64,000 nt of DNA, from positions 1 to 64,000 of IMG/VR virus record IMGVR_UViG_3300044953_000102, one strand, 5' to 3'. This DNA is from a virus. Shown piece by piece: positions 47,899-59,322 of the stretch (positions are counted from its first letter, which is position 1; each line of letters opens with the position of its first letter). The notes beneath the pieces are model-generated. The model saw nothing but the letters and a program-made list of their open reading frames with translations. It made no database searches and was not told the DNA's origin. Position numbers and translations under genes: made by a program.

Positions 47899-48278
47899 TG
47901 GCACTTGTTAATCAAGTTCAGAAAAGGGTTAGAATGCCCAAATGGGATATTGTAAAGTTTCAGATTTTAACTCATTGTTATATTAACCGTATAGCAATGA
48001 GTGAATCTGATCTTGACTGTCTTACTTTACTTAGTTTCAATCAACCAATTGAACTTAGTAATTTTTGTCTTGATGCATCTTCTGAAGAAGATTGGATTTT
48101 TAAATCACCTCAAACTGTTAGAAATAGTGTAAATAAAGCTGAGAAAAATGGACTTGTGATTAAGGATGCAAGTAACAAAAAAGTAATTATGCTTAATCCA
48201 AATATTAAAGTTCAAACAGAAGGAACTATACTATTAGACTATAAATTTTTAGGAAATGATACCGAAGAAAGCAAGTAG
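47898..48278 (+). CDS. Putative winged-helix DNA-binding protein
   Basis: SPQTVRNSVNKAEKNGLVIK. Confidence 0.55.
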   Translation: MALVNQVQKRVRMPKWDIVKFQILTHCYINRIAMSESDLDCLTLLSFNQPIELSNFCLDASSEEDWIFKSPQTVRNSVNKAEKNGLVIKDASNKKVIMLNPNIKVQTEGTILLDYKFLGNDTEESK

Positions 48279-48666
48279 TCTATATAAAGAAATAACAAAA
48301 GAGTTTGAAGTCTCTAAAGATTTAGTTGAAACTTTAGTAGAGAATTATTATGAAACATTAAGAAAAAAACTAAGTAGTTTAAGTGATTTAAGAATAAATG
48401 TAGATGGCTTAGGTCACTTTGTTATTAAAATTCAAAAAGTAAAGAAAGCAATACCTCATTATGAAAAAGTTTTAAAAAATCATGACACATCAACTTTTGG
48501 TGCTTATCATAATAAAAAGAATGTTGAGGAAAAATTAGAACTTTTAACAGAAATTCATAAAAAGGCAGAACAAGAATTATTAAAACGAAAAACTTTTAAA
48601 GATGAAAAATACTCTAAAATTAATTTGGCAAAACCGGAAACAGATCCTGGAAGGGATAACCAATAG
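48256..48666 (+). CDS. IHF/HU-like DNA-binding protein
   Basis: RINVDGLGHFVIK resembles the HU/IHF signature; position upstream of terminase as in crAss-like phages. Confidence 0.6.
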   Translation: MIPKKASSLYKEITKEFEVSKDLVETLVENYYETLRKKLSSLSDLRINVDGLGHFVIKIQKVKKAIPHYEKVLKNHDTSTFGAYHNKKNVEEKLELLTEIHKKAEQELLKRKTFKDEKYSKINLAKPETDPGRDNQ

Positions 48667-48904
48667 TATAATTAGAGATGAGACCGTAGAAGAAATAGCT
48701 AGACTAAGATATTCTATTTGTGATGAATGTGAACATATAGATTTAAAAGGTAAAGACTGTGCTATGAAAGGTACTCAACCTTGTTGTGCAGAATGTGGAT
48801 GTTCACTAAATTTTAAAACTAGATCTCTTGCCTCTGAGTGTCCCCTTGGTAAATGGGATGCAATTGCTACGGTAGAAGAAGAAGATAAATTAGAGGAGTT
48901 ATGA
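48602..48904 (+). CDS. Cys-rich zinc-binding protein
   Basis: R..ICDECEH..C..CGC.L..K.R...ECPLGKW. Confidence 0.7.
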   Translation: MKNTLKLIWQNRKQILEGITNSIIRDETVEEIARLRYSICDECEHIDLKGKDCAMKGTQPCCAECGCSLNFKTRSLASECPLGKWDAIATVEEEDKLEEL

Positions 48905-49731
48905 TTGTATTTAATGCAGATGATCATAGTTACAGAAGTCTTGATGACAGTAACATTGATTGGATAAGTGTTACTACACTAGTCTCTCATTTTAAAAAAC
49001 CTTTTGATGCTAAGAAAATAGCAGAAAAAGTAAGTAAAAAGAAAAATTCTAAATGGCATGGTATTGAGCCAAAATTGATTCAACAGATTTGGAATAATGA
49101 ATCTGAAAGATCACTAACACTTGGAACATGGTATCATAATCAAAGGGAAGCTGACTTATGTTCATTTGCATCTATGGAAAGAGAAGGTGTTACAGTACCT
49201 GTATTTAAACCATCAGAAGTTCAAAATGGTATTAAAGTTGCTCCTTCACAAAAATTAGAACCAGGCGTGTATCCAGAACATATGGTCTATTTAAGATCAG
49301 CAGGTATCTGTGGACAATCAGATTTAGTTGAAGTAGTCAATGGTAAAGTAAATATCATTGACTATAAGACTAATAAAAAGATTGATACTGAATCTTATGT
49401 TGACTGGGAAGGTAAATCTGAAAAAATGAATCCACCTTTAGATTCACTTGATGATTGTAATTTTTACCACTATGCATTACAGCTTAGTATATATATGTAT
49501 ATTATACTGAAGCACAATCCTAAATTAAAACCTGGAAGAATATTTATTCATCATATAGTTTTTGAAATAGAGAAAGAGGATGAGTGGGGATATCCGGTAA
49601 ATAAAACAGATGAGAATGGTGAGCCTATAGTAAAAGAAGTTAAGCCAATTTCAATACCTTACCTTGTGGATGAAGTACTTGCAATTTTTCATTATCTTCA
49701 TAATAACAAGAATAAAATTAAAAAGAAATGA
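48901..49731 (+). CDS. PD-(D/E)XK exonuclease
   Basis: SVTTLVS..GT..H..ICGQSD..IIDYKTN..YALQLSIY. Confidence 0.82.
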   Translation: MIVFNADDHSYRSLDDSNIDWISVTTLVSHFKKPFDAKKIAEKVSKKKNSKWHGIEPKLIQQIWNNESERSLTLGTWYHNQREADLCSFASMEREGVTVPVFKPSEVQNGIKVAPSQKLEPGVYPEHMVYLRSAGICGQSDLVEVVNGKVNIIDYKTNKKIDTESYVDWEGKSEKMNPPLDSLDDCNFYHYALQLSIYMYIILKHNPKLKPGRIFIHHIVFEIEKEDEWGYPVNKTDENGEPIVKEVKPISIPYLVDEVLAIFHYLHNNKNKIKKK

Positions 49732-50246
49732 TACTAACTAAACTATTTGATGTTCAGAATGGTGTTGTAATTCCAACAGAACATTGCTATACATTGAGAG
49801 CATTAAAAGATGTTATGGATGAATATCCTGAAGACTATCTTAAAATATATATGTATTTGTTTTATATGTGCTGCCCTAATCCGGATTTAAATCCTTTTTT
49901 CTTTACACCAGATATGGAAAAAGAGAATATGATTATGGATCAGATTGGAGCAGAGTTTTCTACTGAAGATGAAACAGTATTTAGAGCATTACAGTTTTGT
50001 CAGAAAATGTATGAAACACCTACATCTAGAGCATACAAAGGTATTGCAACTATGTTGGATAGATTGGGTAGATATATGGAAACTACACCTATTACACACG
50101 GTCGTGATGGTAATATGAACTCTCTTATTGCAGCAGCTAAAAACTATGAAGCAATAAGACAATCTTTTAAAGGTGCATATAAAGATTTACAGGAAGAACA
50201 ATCTAGTAGAGTAAGAGGTGGACAAGGATTAGCATATGATATGTAA
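49728..50246 (+). CDS. Hypothetical protein, possible terminase small subunit
   Basis: Directly upstream of and coupled to terL; assignment is positional only. Confidence 0.5.
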   Translation: MILTKLFDVQNGVVIPTEHCYTLRALKDVMDEYPEDYLKIYMYLFYMCCPNPDLNPFFFTPDMEKENMIMDQIGAEFSTEDETVFRALQFCQKMYETPTSRAYKGIATMLDRLGRYMETTPITHGRDGNMNSLIAAAKNYEAIRQSFKGAYKDLQEEQSSRVRGGQGLAYDM

Positions 50247-52450
50247 TGAGTGAAATTTATCAAGACATACCGACTTATGATAATGAAACATGGACAACAA
50301 CAAGTTTTGAATCCAGAGAAGACTTCAGTAACTTCATTAGAGATCTATTCAAAGAACCAGGAAAGTATAACTTTAATGAAACAACAAATCAAGTATTCAT
50401 ATCGGAATCAGTTAAATTTAAAAAAGATGGAGTATACTGTACAGCTCCATTTAAATCCCTAGACTTTATAAATTACTGGGATGATCAAAAGACAAAATGC
50501 CGTAAGGGTATTATAGTTAAAGATGGAGATAATACATGGTTTGTTGCAAGAGAGTACTACATGTGGTTAAACTTTCTTCCAATCTTTGACAAAGAAATTC
50601 AACAGTTTGGTTTTGCTAAAATTAGAGATGCACAATATCACATGGCATTGTATGAACTATTAGCAGAACTAAATTATAAACATGCAGCTATTTTAAAGAA
50701 ACGTCAGATTGCTTCTTCATATTATCATATGGGTAAGTTTATAAATCAACAATGGTTTGAAGCAGGGGTAACATTAAAGATGGGTGCATCACTAAAAGAC
50801 TATATAAATGAAAAAGGGTCTTGGAAATTTTTACAAGAGTATGCAGCATTCTTAAATGAGCATACTGCTTGGTATAGACCAATGTCACCAGATAAAGTTA
50901 TGATGTGGCAACAAAAGATTGAAGTAAGAAAAGGAGATAGAAAAACTGAGGTTGGTCTTAAAGGAACTATACAAGGTATGTCATTTGAGAAAGATCCAAC
51001 AAATGGTGTAGGGGGTCCAGTTAAATACTTCTTTCATGAGGAGGCTGGGATTGCTCCTAAGATGGATCAGACATATGAGTATATGAGACCAGCAATGAGA
51101 TCAGGTCTCATCACTACGGGAATGTTTATAGCTGCAGGATCTGTGGGGGATTTATCCCAATGTCTTCCACTTAAAGATATGATACTAAACCCTACTGCAA
51201 AAGATATATATGCGGTAGAAACAGATCTTATGGATGATAAAGGTACTGTTGGTCTTTCTGGTTTATTTATTCCAGAACAATGGTCAATGCCACCATATAT
51301 TGATAAATATGGTAATTCACTTGTAGAAGAAGCAGTAGATGCTTTAGAAAAACAATTCAAACAATGGAGAGATGAACTTGCTCCAGAAGAATATCAGTTA
51401 AGAATTTCTCAGCATCCAAGAAATATAAAAGAAGCATTTGATCATAGAACAGTATCTGTATTCCCTCCACATCTTCTTGCAGCACAAGAAAGAAGAATAG
51501 AAGATAAAGAATATGGTTTTGAATTCTTAAATATTTCAGCAGATGCTGATGGTAGACCTGAAGTTACTAAAAGTAACAAAAGGCCTATCATAGAATTTCC
51601 AGTAAACAAAAAGACAGAAGATAAAACAGGATGTCTTGTTGTTTGGGAAAGACCCGTTAAGGATCCAAATTTTGGTGATTACTATGCATCTGTTGACCCT
51701 GTATCAGAGGGTAAAACAACAACATCAGAATCATTATGTTCTATATATGTGATGAAAGCACCTATTCAAGTAACTAGACATACTGGTTCAGAATCAGAAA
51801 CTTATATAGAACAAGGTAAAATTGTAGCAGCTTGGTGTGGTAGATATGATGATATTAATCAGACACATAAGCAACTAGAACTTATTATTGAATGGTATAA
51901 TGCTTGGACACTTGTAGAGAATAATATATCATTGTTTATTCAATACATGATATCTAGACGTAAGCAGAAATATCTTGTGCCAAAAAATCAAATCATGTTC
52001 TTAAAAGATCTTGGATCAAATAACAATGTATTCCAAGAATATGGGTGGAAAAATACGGGTACTTTATTTAAATCACATCTTCTTAGTTATGCCATAGAAT
52101 ATACTAAAGAAGAATTAGATCAAGAATTAAAATCTGATGGTACTGTTGTAAGAACAACATATGGTATTGAACGTATACCAGACCCTATGTTAATCAAAGA
52201 GATGAGAGAATATGCAGATGGGGTTAACGTGGATAGACTAGTTTCTTTTGCAGCTCTTGTTGCTTTTATGAAAATTCAAGAGTCAAATAGAGGATATAGT
52301 AAAAGAACAATAATGGATGAGACTGCTAAAAACTTGCAAAAGTCAGAAAATTTGTTTAAATTAAATAAGAGTCCGTTTAGACATATGGGCAGTAAAATGA
52401 GCAACACTACTGGTAGATTTAAAAAATCTGCATTTAAAAATATTAAATAA
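50246..52450 (+). CDS. terL: Terminase large subunit
   Basis: LKKRQIASSY, FHEEAG, nuclease ASVDP..ENN..NVDRLVS; upstream of portal. Confidence 0.9.
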   Translation: MSEIYQDIPTYDNETWTTTSFESREDFSNFIRDLFKEPGKYNFNETTNQVFISESVKFKKDGVYCTAPFKSLDFINYWDDQKTKCRKGIIVKDGDNTWFVAREYYMWLNFLPIFDKEIQQFGFAKIRDAQYHMALYELLAELNYKHAAILKKRQIASSYYHMGKFINQQWFEAGVTLKMGASLKDYINEKGSWKFLQEYAAFLNEHTAWYRPMSPDKVMMWQQKIEVRKGDRKTEVGLKGTIQGMSFEKDPTNGVGGPVKYFFHEEAGIAPKMDQTYEYMRPAMRSGLITTGMFIAAGSVGDLSQCLPLKDMILNPTAKDIYAVETDLMDDKGTVGLSGLFIPEQWSMPPYIDKYGNSLVEEAVDALEKQFKQWRDELAPEEYQLRISQHPRNIKEAFDHRTVSVFPPHLLAAQERRIEDKEYGFEFLNISADADGRPEVTKSNKRPIIEFPVNKKTEDKTGCLVVWERPVKDPNFGDYYASVDPVSEGKTTTSESLCSIYVMKAPIQVTRHTGSESETYIEQGKIVAAWCGRYDDINQTHKQLELIIEWYNAWTLVENNISLFIQYMISRRKQKYLVPKNQIMFLKDLGSNNNVFQEYGWKNTGTLFKSHLLSYAIEYTKEELDQELKSDGTVVRTTYGIERIPDPMLIKEMREYADGVNVDRLVSFAALVAFMKIQESNRGYSKRTIMDETAKNLQKSENLFKLNKSPFRHMGSKMSNTTGRFKKSAFKNIK

Positions 52451-52456
52451 TAGGTT

Positions 52457-55204
52457 ATGCAAGTATACAACGCATTACAACTTAAAAAAGGAGCTAAGAC
52501 AGAACAAAATAGATTGGGTAGTATTACTCAGCCGTTGCAGTTTTTACCTAAAAAAGATAAAACAGAAGAGTGGGCTGCTTGGAACTTAGACTGGTTAGAA
52601 TGGCAAGGATTAAAACAAATCCGTAGAAATGCCAGAAGATTAATGAAAAACTACAAACTTGCAAAAGGTATTATTGATAGAACTGATTATATAATTGAAG
52701 AGGATAATGAATATAGAGATGTTGTAGAACTATTAACAAAAGAAGATGTATCTGCACTAGAATTAAAGTTCTATCCTATTATTCCAAATGTTGTTAATGT
52801 TTTAGTAGCAGAATTTGCTAAAAGATCAACAAGATTAACCTATAGAGCTGTTGATGATTTTTCATACAATGAAATGCTTGAACAAAAAAGAGCACAAGTA
52901 GAACAAACATTAATGGCTGATGCTGCTACAAAAATGTTAGCGGCTATGTTAGAACAAGGACTAGATCCTGGGTCAGAAGAAGCCCAACAACAACTTACAC
53001 CAGATAATTTAAAGACACTACCTGAAATAGAGCAATTCTTTAAAAAGGATTATAGATCTATGGTAGAACAATGGGCTGAACATCAACATAAAGTAGATGT
53101 TGAAAGATTTAGAATGGATGAACTTGAAGAAAGAGCATTTAGAGATATGCTTATTACAGATAGAGAGTTCTGGCATTTTTATATGATGGAAGATGATTAC
53201 CAAGTAGAACTCTGGAATCCGGTGCTTACATTCTATCACAAATCTCCAGATATTAGATACATATCACAAGGTAACTGGGTAGGTAAAACAGATATGTTTA
53301 CTGTATCAGATGTTATTGATAAGTTTGGACATGTACTTACTGAAGAACAACATAGAGCACTTGAATCAGTATATCCAATTAGATCTGCTGCTTATAACAT
53401 TGGTGGTTTACAAAATGATGGAAGTTTTTATGATGGAACTAAAACACATGACTGGAATGTCAATATGCCATCTTTAGCATACAGACAGTATACATCATTT
53501 ATGGCAGGTAATATTTTTGATGGTTCAGATATTATTGCACAGATACTTGCCGAAGGTGAAGATTACTATGATCAGGGTACAGCATACTTGTTAAGAGTAA
53601 CAACAGCATACTGGAAATCTCAAAAGAAAATTGGTCACTTAACTAAAATATCAGAAGAAGGTGAAGTAACTAATGAAATTATTTCTGAAGATTATAGAAT
53701 TACAGATAAGCCAATTTATGATACTAGACTCTTTAAAAATAAAACAAAAGATAATTTACTCTTTGGAGAACATATTGATTGGATTTGGATTAATGAGGTT
53801 TGGGGTGGAATTAAAATAGGACCAAATGTACCATCATTCTGGGGTATGAATAATCCAGGTGGATTTTCTCCTATATACATTGGAGTAAATAGAAATCATA
53901 TTGGACCAGTTAAATTTCAATTTAAAGGAGAAGCAAATCTATATGGATGTAAACTTCCGGTAGAAGGTTCTGTATTCTCAGATAGAAATACTAAGTCTAC
54001 TGCACTTATTGATTTAATGAAGCCATATCAGATTGGATATAATATTGTAAATAACCAGATTGCAGATATCTTAGTAGATGAGCTTGGTACTGTAATCATG
54101 CTTGATCAAAACTCATTACCTAGACATTCATTAGGAGAAGATTGGGGTAAAGGTAATTTAGCTAAAGCATATGTTGCAATGAAGAACTTCCAGATGTTAC
54201 CTTTGGATACTTCAATTACAAATACAGAAAATGCATTAAACTTCTCTCATTTCCAAAAACTTGACTTAGAACAGACTAATAGACTTATGTCAAGGATTAA
54301 CCTTGCAAACTATTTTAAACAGCAAGCATATGAAGTTATAGGTGTAAATCCACAAAGAATGGGACAACAACTATCACAGACTACTGCTACTGGAGTAGAG
54401 CAAGCAATGCAAGCATCTTATGCTCAAACAGAAACTTACTTTATTCAACACTGTGATTATTTAATGCCAAGAGTACATGAAATGAGAACTGACTTAGCTC
54501 AGTATTATCATTCTACAAAACCTTCAGCAAGATTAACATATGTAACATCTGCAGATGAAAAAGTAAACTTTGAAATTAATGGAACAGATCTTTTACTTAG
54601 AGATCTTAATATTGCTATAAGTACTAATGCAAATCACAGAGCTATTCTAGAGCAGTTAAAAAAAATGGCTATTCAGAATAATACAACAGGGGCTTCTATA
54701 TATGACTTAGGTAAAATTGTACAATCTGACTCTATTGCTTCTCTTAACAGTGTTCTTAAAGATTCTGAACAAAAACAACAGCAGATGAAACAACAGGAGA
54801 TGCAGCAACAACAGCAAATGCAACAAGAACAACTTCAAAAACAACAAGAGATTGAACAAATGAAGATTGATTCAACTGCTGCTGAGAAAGAAAAAGATAG
54901 ACAAAGAGATATTCTAGTTGCAGAAATTAGAGCTGCTGGCTACGGATCTATGGCAGATGTTGATCAAAATCAAATGTCTGACTATAGAGATGCTATGAAA
55001 GATATTCGTGAAACAGAACAATATCAAGAACAAACTGGACTTCAAAGAGAAAAAGAAGTAAATAGAATGACTATTGAAAATCAAAAAACTCAGTTAGAAC
55101 GTGAGAAAATACAAGCACAGAAACAAATTGCAGATAGACAATTACAAATTGCACAAGAAAATAAAAACAAATTTGATGTAAAACCTCCTAAAGAAAATAA
55201 GTAG
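52457..55204 (+). CDS. Portal protein
   Basis: 915 aa; FYPIIPNVVNVL..E, SLIDLMKPYQ-like segment, GVNPQRMGQ, C-terminal coiled coil; crAss gene order. Confidence 0.85.
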   Translation: MQVYNALQLKKGAKTEQNRLGSITQPLQFLPKKDKTEEWAAWNLDWLEWQGLKQIRRNARRLMKNYKLAKGIIDRTDYIIEEDNEYRDVVELLTKEDVSALELKFYPIIPNVVNVLVAEFAKRSTRLTYRAVDDFSYNEMLEQKRAQVEQTLMADAATKMLAAMLEQGLDPGSEEAQQQLTPDNLKTLPEIEQFFKKDYRSMVEQWAEHQHKVDVERFRMDELEERAFRDMLITDREFWHFYMMEDDYQVELWNPVLTFYHKSPDIRYISQGNWVGKTDMFTVSDVIDKFGHVLTEEQHRALESVYPIRSAAYNIGGLQNDGSFYDGTKTHDWNVNMPSLAYRQYTSFMAGNIFDGSDIIAQILAEGEDYYDQGTAYLLRVTTAYWKSQKKIGHLTKISEEGEVTNEIISEDYRITDKPIYDTRLFKNKTKDNLLFGEHIDWIWINEVWGGIKIGPNVPSFWGMNNPGGFSPIYIGVNRNHIGPVKFQFKGEANLYGCKLPVEGSVFSDRNTKSTALIDLMKPYQIGYNIVNNQIADILVDELGTVIMLDQNSLPRHSLGEDWGKGNLAKAYVAMKNFQMLPLDTSITNTENALNFSHFQKLDLEQTNRLMSRINLANYFKQQAYEVIGVNPQRMGQQLSQTTATGVEQAMQASYAQTETYFIQHCDYLMPRVHEMRTDLAQYYHSTKPSARLTYVTSADEKVNFEINGTDLLLRDLNIAISTNANHRAILEQLKKMAIQNNTTGASIYDLGKIVQSDSIASLNSVLKDSEQKQQQMKQQEMQQQQQMQQEQLQKQQEIEQMKIDSTAAEKEKDRQRDILVAEIRAAGYGSMADVDQNQMSDYRDAMKDIRETEQYQEQTGLQREKEVNRMTIENQKTQLEREKIQAQKQIADRQLQIAQENKNKFDVKPPKENK

Positions 55205-55292
55205 TTAGCCATATATTACAAAATTTTTTTTGCAGAGTTTTAAATTTTTGAAGTTTATTTTATATATTGATATATAAACAAAAACCAACAGA

Positions 55293-56549
55293 ATGGAAAC
55301 AACCAACACAAATCCTGAAAATCAGGTCCAAGATTCTACAACGGTAGAACAGGTAGATGTAAATATTGATGCCCTCTTTGGAATGCCTGGAGCAGAGAAT
55401 GTAATGCTCCCTGCAGAAGAAGAAAAACCTAAATCAGTGTTTCATAAAGAAACAGTTGATACATCGTTCTTTGACAACCCTACTGCTTCACCAGAAGAAA
55501 GACAACAAGAGCAAGAAAAGAAAATTGAAGTTCAAGAAACAATTAATGAACTAGATAATCTAATTGCTCAAGAAGAAGAAGCCGGTAATAAAGGAAGACC
55601 AAAGGTTGATAAATCAGGTCTTGCAGAGTTAGCACAGAAAATGATTGAGGATGGGTCTTTAGTACCTTTTGATGATGATAAACCATTAGAAGAATATACT
55701 ACAAAAGATTTTCGTGAACTCTTTGAAGCAAATTTTCAAGAAAGAGAAAATCAAATAAGAAGAGATACTCCAAGAGAATTTTTTGAAGCATTACCAGAAG
55801 AACTTCAAGTTGCTGCTAAATATGTAGCTGATGGAGGACAAGATTTGAAAGGTCTATTTAGAACTCTAGCTTATGTAGAGGAAATGAGACAACTTGATCC
55901 TGCTGATGAATATGATCAAGCAGAAATTGCAAGACAATATTTACATGCTACAAACTTTGGTACTCCAGAAGAAATTGAACAAGAGATTCAAGACTGGAGA
56001 GATTTAAACCGACTTGAACAAAAAGCTAATCAGTTTAAACCAAAGTTGGATGCAATGCAAGAAGAAATTGTTGCAAGACAACTAGCAGAACAAGAGCATA
56101 GAAGAAATATGCAAGCAGAACAAGCTAAAGCATATCAAGAAAATGTGTATAGTACACTTGCTGCAGGAACAATTGGTGGATTAAAACTAGATAAAAAAGT
56201 ACAAGGTCTTTTATTTTCTGGATTAGTTCAACCTAATTATCCTTCTATCTCTGGTAAACCTACAAACTTACTAGGCCACCTTTTAGAGAAATATCAGTTT
56301 GTAGAACCAAGACATGACCTTATTGCTGAAGCACTTTGGTTACTTGCAGATCCAAATGGATATAAGAATAGAGTAAGAGAACAAGGATCAAGACAAGCAG
56401 TAGAAAAAACTGTAAGACAATTGAAAACAGAGGAGTCTAGAAAGATTGCTTCTTCAACAAATACATTGTATGATGATGAACCAAGAAGAACACCTTCTAG
56501 ATCTGAACCTAGAAAATTGTCAAAAAACAGTATGTTTAAAAGATTTTAA
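55293..56549 (+). CDS. Acidic helical protein between portal and capsid (scaffold-like)
   Basis: Position and composition. Confidence 0.6.
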   Translation: METTNTNPENQVQDSTTVEQVDVNIDALFGMPGAENVMLPAEEEKPKSVFHKETVDTSFFDNPTASPEERQQEQEKKIEVQETINELDNLIAQEEEAGNKGRPKVDKSGLAELAQKMIEDGSLVPFDDDKPLEEYTTKDFRELFEANFQERENQIRRDTPREFFEALPEELQVAAKYVADGGQDLKGLFRTLAYVEEMRQLDPADEYDQAEIARQYLHATNFGTPEEIEQEIQDWRDLNRLEQKANQFKPKLDAMQEEIVARQLAEQEHRRNMQAEQAKAYQENVYSTLAAGTIGGLKLDKKVQGLLFSGLVQPNYPSISGKPTNLLGHLLEKYQFVEPRHDLIAEALWLLADPNGYKNRVREQGSRQAVEKTVRQLKTEESRKIASSTNTLYDDEPRRTPSRSEPRKLSKNSMFKRF

Positions 56550-56578
56550 ATTAAGTAACAAATAAAACAAATATAAAA

Positions 56579-58195
56579 ATGGCAACTCCAGTTTTAAACA
56601 ATGGTATCTTTCTACGGGATACAGCCTACCAGGCAAGCTCACACGTAGACTCCTACCACTTGGTTAACATGTTGAAGGATGCAGAACCAATGGACCTTGG
56701 TCCAGTAGACCTATGGGCTATGGCTCAGAAGGTGGAAATGCCCCTTTACCAAATGTCTAGCTTTGGTGGTAAGAATGTAATCATGGTGGATAACCACCGA
56801 GGAGAATATAGATGGCAGACTCCTGTATCTATTGATCTTCCATACATTGTTGAGGATATTGAACCTCAAGCAGCTTACAGAGGTACTGATGGATCTACCT
56901 TCCGTATCAAAATCAACAGACGTGAATTTGGACATGGTGATATCATCACTTATCACAAATATAACGGAGTTGAGATGTACATCACTGACGAGGATATCCT
57001 TCCTGTAGGTGACGGTTATATCTATACTGTACAGTTGGTAAACAACGATAACTACAAGTATCTAGATGCAAAATATCTTACTAATGGTACTAAAATCTTC
57101 CGTAAGGGTTCTGCCCGTGGGGAGTATGGTGAAAGATTCTCTGACATCACAACAAGAACTGGTTTCCGTGAATTCTACAACTTTGTAGGAGGTGCTGAAG
57201 CTCACGTACATTATTCTATCTCTTCTCGTGCAGACTTGATGATCAAAGGTGGAATGAATGCAGATGGTACAGTTCCTGTAACTGAGATCTGGAGAACTTT
57301 TGACAAAGGTATGGATCCTTCTATTTCTTCATTAGAAGATATGGTTAAAGTAATGGGTAAAGATAAAGTTAAACGTGCATTTGACAATGGTGACTTATCT
57401 AGAACATTCTTGACTCAAATGGAAGCTGCACACTTAAGTAAAGTTGCAAGTGACATTGAGACCTACTTAATGTGGGGACAAGGAGGTCGTGTACGTCAAG
57501 ATGGACCAGATGACATTAGATTATCTGTGGGTCTTTGGAGACAGTTAGATAACTCATTTAAAAGAGTATATAACAAAAATAACTTTACACTTGATTTGTT
57601 CCGTGGAGAAATCTACAACTTCTTCAATGGTAAGGTTGAGTTCCAAGGTCCAGATCCAAAAAGATCTCTAGTAGTTCAAACTGGTATGGGTGGAATGAGA
57701 ATGGTAAATGAAGCTATCAAAAGAGAAGCTGTTGCTTCTGGTCTATTGATTCAGGCTGCTGATATTGGTGCTATCACTGGTAAAGGTATGGACTTGAACT
57801 TTGGATTTGCTTATACTTCATATGTAATTCCATTCTTGGCAAATGTTAAGTTTGTTCTTAACTCAGCATTTGACAATGTTCATACAAATGATATTGAGAA
57901 CCCAATCATTGATGGTTTCCCATTATCTTCTTATAGCTTTATCATCTTTGATATCACTGATAACACTAATGACAATATCTACTTATTGAAATTGTCTTGG
58001 GATAATCAATTGAAGTGGTGGTATCAAAATGGTACTATGGATTACATGGGACGTACCCAAGGATTCCAGTCTTCTGGTCAATTCAACGGATACCGTGTAA
58101 TGATGTCTCAAACAATGCCTGCAATTTGGGTAAAAGACCCAACTAAGGTATTGAAGATTGTTATGAGAAACCCAGTAACCGGTGGTTCATTCTAA
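56579..58195 (+). CDS. Major capsid protein
   Basis: 538 aa; strongly biased, highly-expressed-type codon usage; followed by terminator; crAss order terL-portal-x-MCP. Confidence 0.85.
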   Translation: MATPVLNNGIFLRDTAYQASSHVDSYHLVNMLKDAEPMDLGPVDLWAMAQKVEMPLYQMSSFGGKNVIMVDNHRGEYRWQTPVSIDLPYIVEDIEPQAAYRGTDGSTFRIKINRREFGHGDIITYHKYNGVEMYITDEDILPVGDGYIYTVQLVNNDNYKYLDAKYLTNGTKIFRKGSARGEYGERFSDITTRTGFREFYNFVGGAEAHVHYSISSRADLMIKGGMNADGTVPVTEIWRTFDKGMDPSISSLEDMVKVMGKDKVKRAFDNGDLSRTFLTQMEAAHLSKVASDIETYLMWGQGGRVRQDGPDDIRLSVGLWRQLDNSFKRVYNKNNFTLDLFRGEIYNFFNGKVEFQGPDPKRSLVVQTGMGGMRMVNEAIKREAVASGLLIQAADIGAITGKGMDLNFGFAYTSYVIPFLANVKFVLNSAFDNVHTNDIENPIIDGFPLSSYSFIIFDITDNTNDNIYLLKLSWDNQLKWWYQNGTMDYMGRTQGFQSSGQFNGYRVMMSQTMPAIWVKDPTKVLKIVMRNPVTGGSF

Positions 58196-58211
58196 TCTAT
58201 CATATATAATA

Positions 58212-58244
58212 AAAAAGGGAGGGGGTAACTCCTCCCTCTTTTTT
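58212..58244 (+). terminator. Intrinsic terminator after MCP
   Basis: agggagggg-gtaa-ctcctccct followed by a T run. Confidence 0.75.
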
Positions 58245-58288
58245 AAAAAGTAATTTAATAACCAACAAAAATAAAAACCAACAAAAAC

Positions 58289-59311
58289 ATGGAAACAACA
58301 GGATTTACAATGGTAGAAGTAGGGGTAGGCAGCATTAAAAAAACATCACTTGCTGTTAGACCTTACTTTGATAAACAAGCAACTAATATGGGGCTTGAAG
58401 AATATGGAATGAGTCTCTTTGATGGAGTAACTCATAATGAGCAACTTGCATGCTTAGAATTAAATGGAGTAATTAGATATATCACAGGTTTAAATGAATT
58501 TGCACCTGAGATTAAATTACTTGACTCAGAAGTAAGAGAAGCAAGAATCAGAGAAATTAGAACTTCAATTGCAGAACTTGAAAAAGAACTTGCTGCAAAT
58601 TTTATTGAAATTGATGATAAAGATTTTTGGAATAAAGTAAAATTACTAAAACCTGATAATAAAGAGTTTTGGAATAAAATTGAGATATCATGTGGTAATG
58701 AACCATTATATTTAGATCCAACTAAACCATTTGATAAAATAAAACTTCATGCAATTGAGGCAGGTGGTTTTCCAATGATAGCAAAAAGTTATGAAGATGC
58801 CAGAGCAAAAGCAGTACCACCTAAGTTTTATCTAGATAAAGAAGAAGAAACTGTAATGGCAAGAACTGAATACAAAAAGATGCGTAACAAAGCACTTTCA
58901 GAACTTCAGAAACTATATGATAAAAACAGTACTAAACTATTCTATGTTGCTAAAGTAGTAGATGCAAATAGTTCTCAGTACAGAAAATCAACTCCACTAG
59001 ATATTATTTATGAGAATATGGATAAATATATTTCTGGAGAAGGAGCTGAGTCAAACAAAGAAAGAGCTTCAAGAACATTCCTTGATGCAGTAAATTTAGA
59101 TATGGAATCATTAAAAATTAAATCAATTGTACGAGATTCCGTATTTTTTAAGTATATTATTAATAAGCCGGATGGATATATTTACCATGCTAAAACAAAT
59201 GCTTTACTTGGTAGAAATGTATCTGATGTAATTGAACACTTAAAAAATCCTTTGAATGAGGATATTTTAAAAGATTTAATTGCATCCTGTGAAAAATATT
59301 GGAACACTTAA
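58289..59311 (+). CDS. Conserved virion-module protein
   Basis: 340 aa immediately after MCP. Confidence 0.65.
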   Translation: METTGFTMVEVGVGSIKKTSLAVRPYFDKQATNMGLEEYGMSLFDGVTHNEQLACLELNGVIRYITGLNEFAPEIKLLDSEVREARIREIRTSIAELEKELAANFIEIDDKDFWNKVKLLKPDNKEFWNKIEISCGNEPLYLDPTKPFDKIKLHAIEAGGFPMIAKSYEDARAKAVPPKFYLDKEEETVMARTEYKKMRNKALSELQKLYDKNSTKLFYVAKVVDANSSQYRKSTPLDIIYENMDKYISGEGAESNKERASRTFLDAVNLDMESLKIKSIVRDSVFFKYIINKPDGYIYHAKTNALLGRNVSDVIEHLKNPLNEDILKDLIASCEKYWNT

Positions 59312-59322
59312 AATTAAATAAC

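Noticed and set aside
54770-54850. CAA/CAG-rich tract in the portal gene as a tandem repeat element
   Set aside because: Simply encodes the Gln-rich coiled coil of the portal C-terminus.
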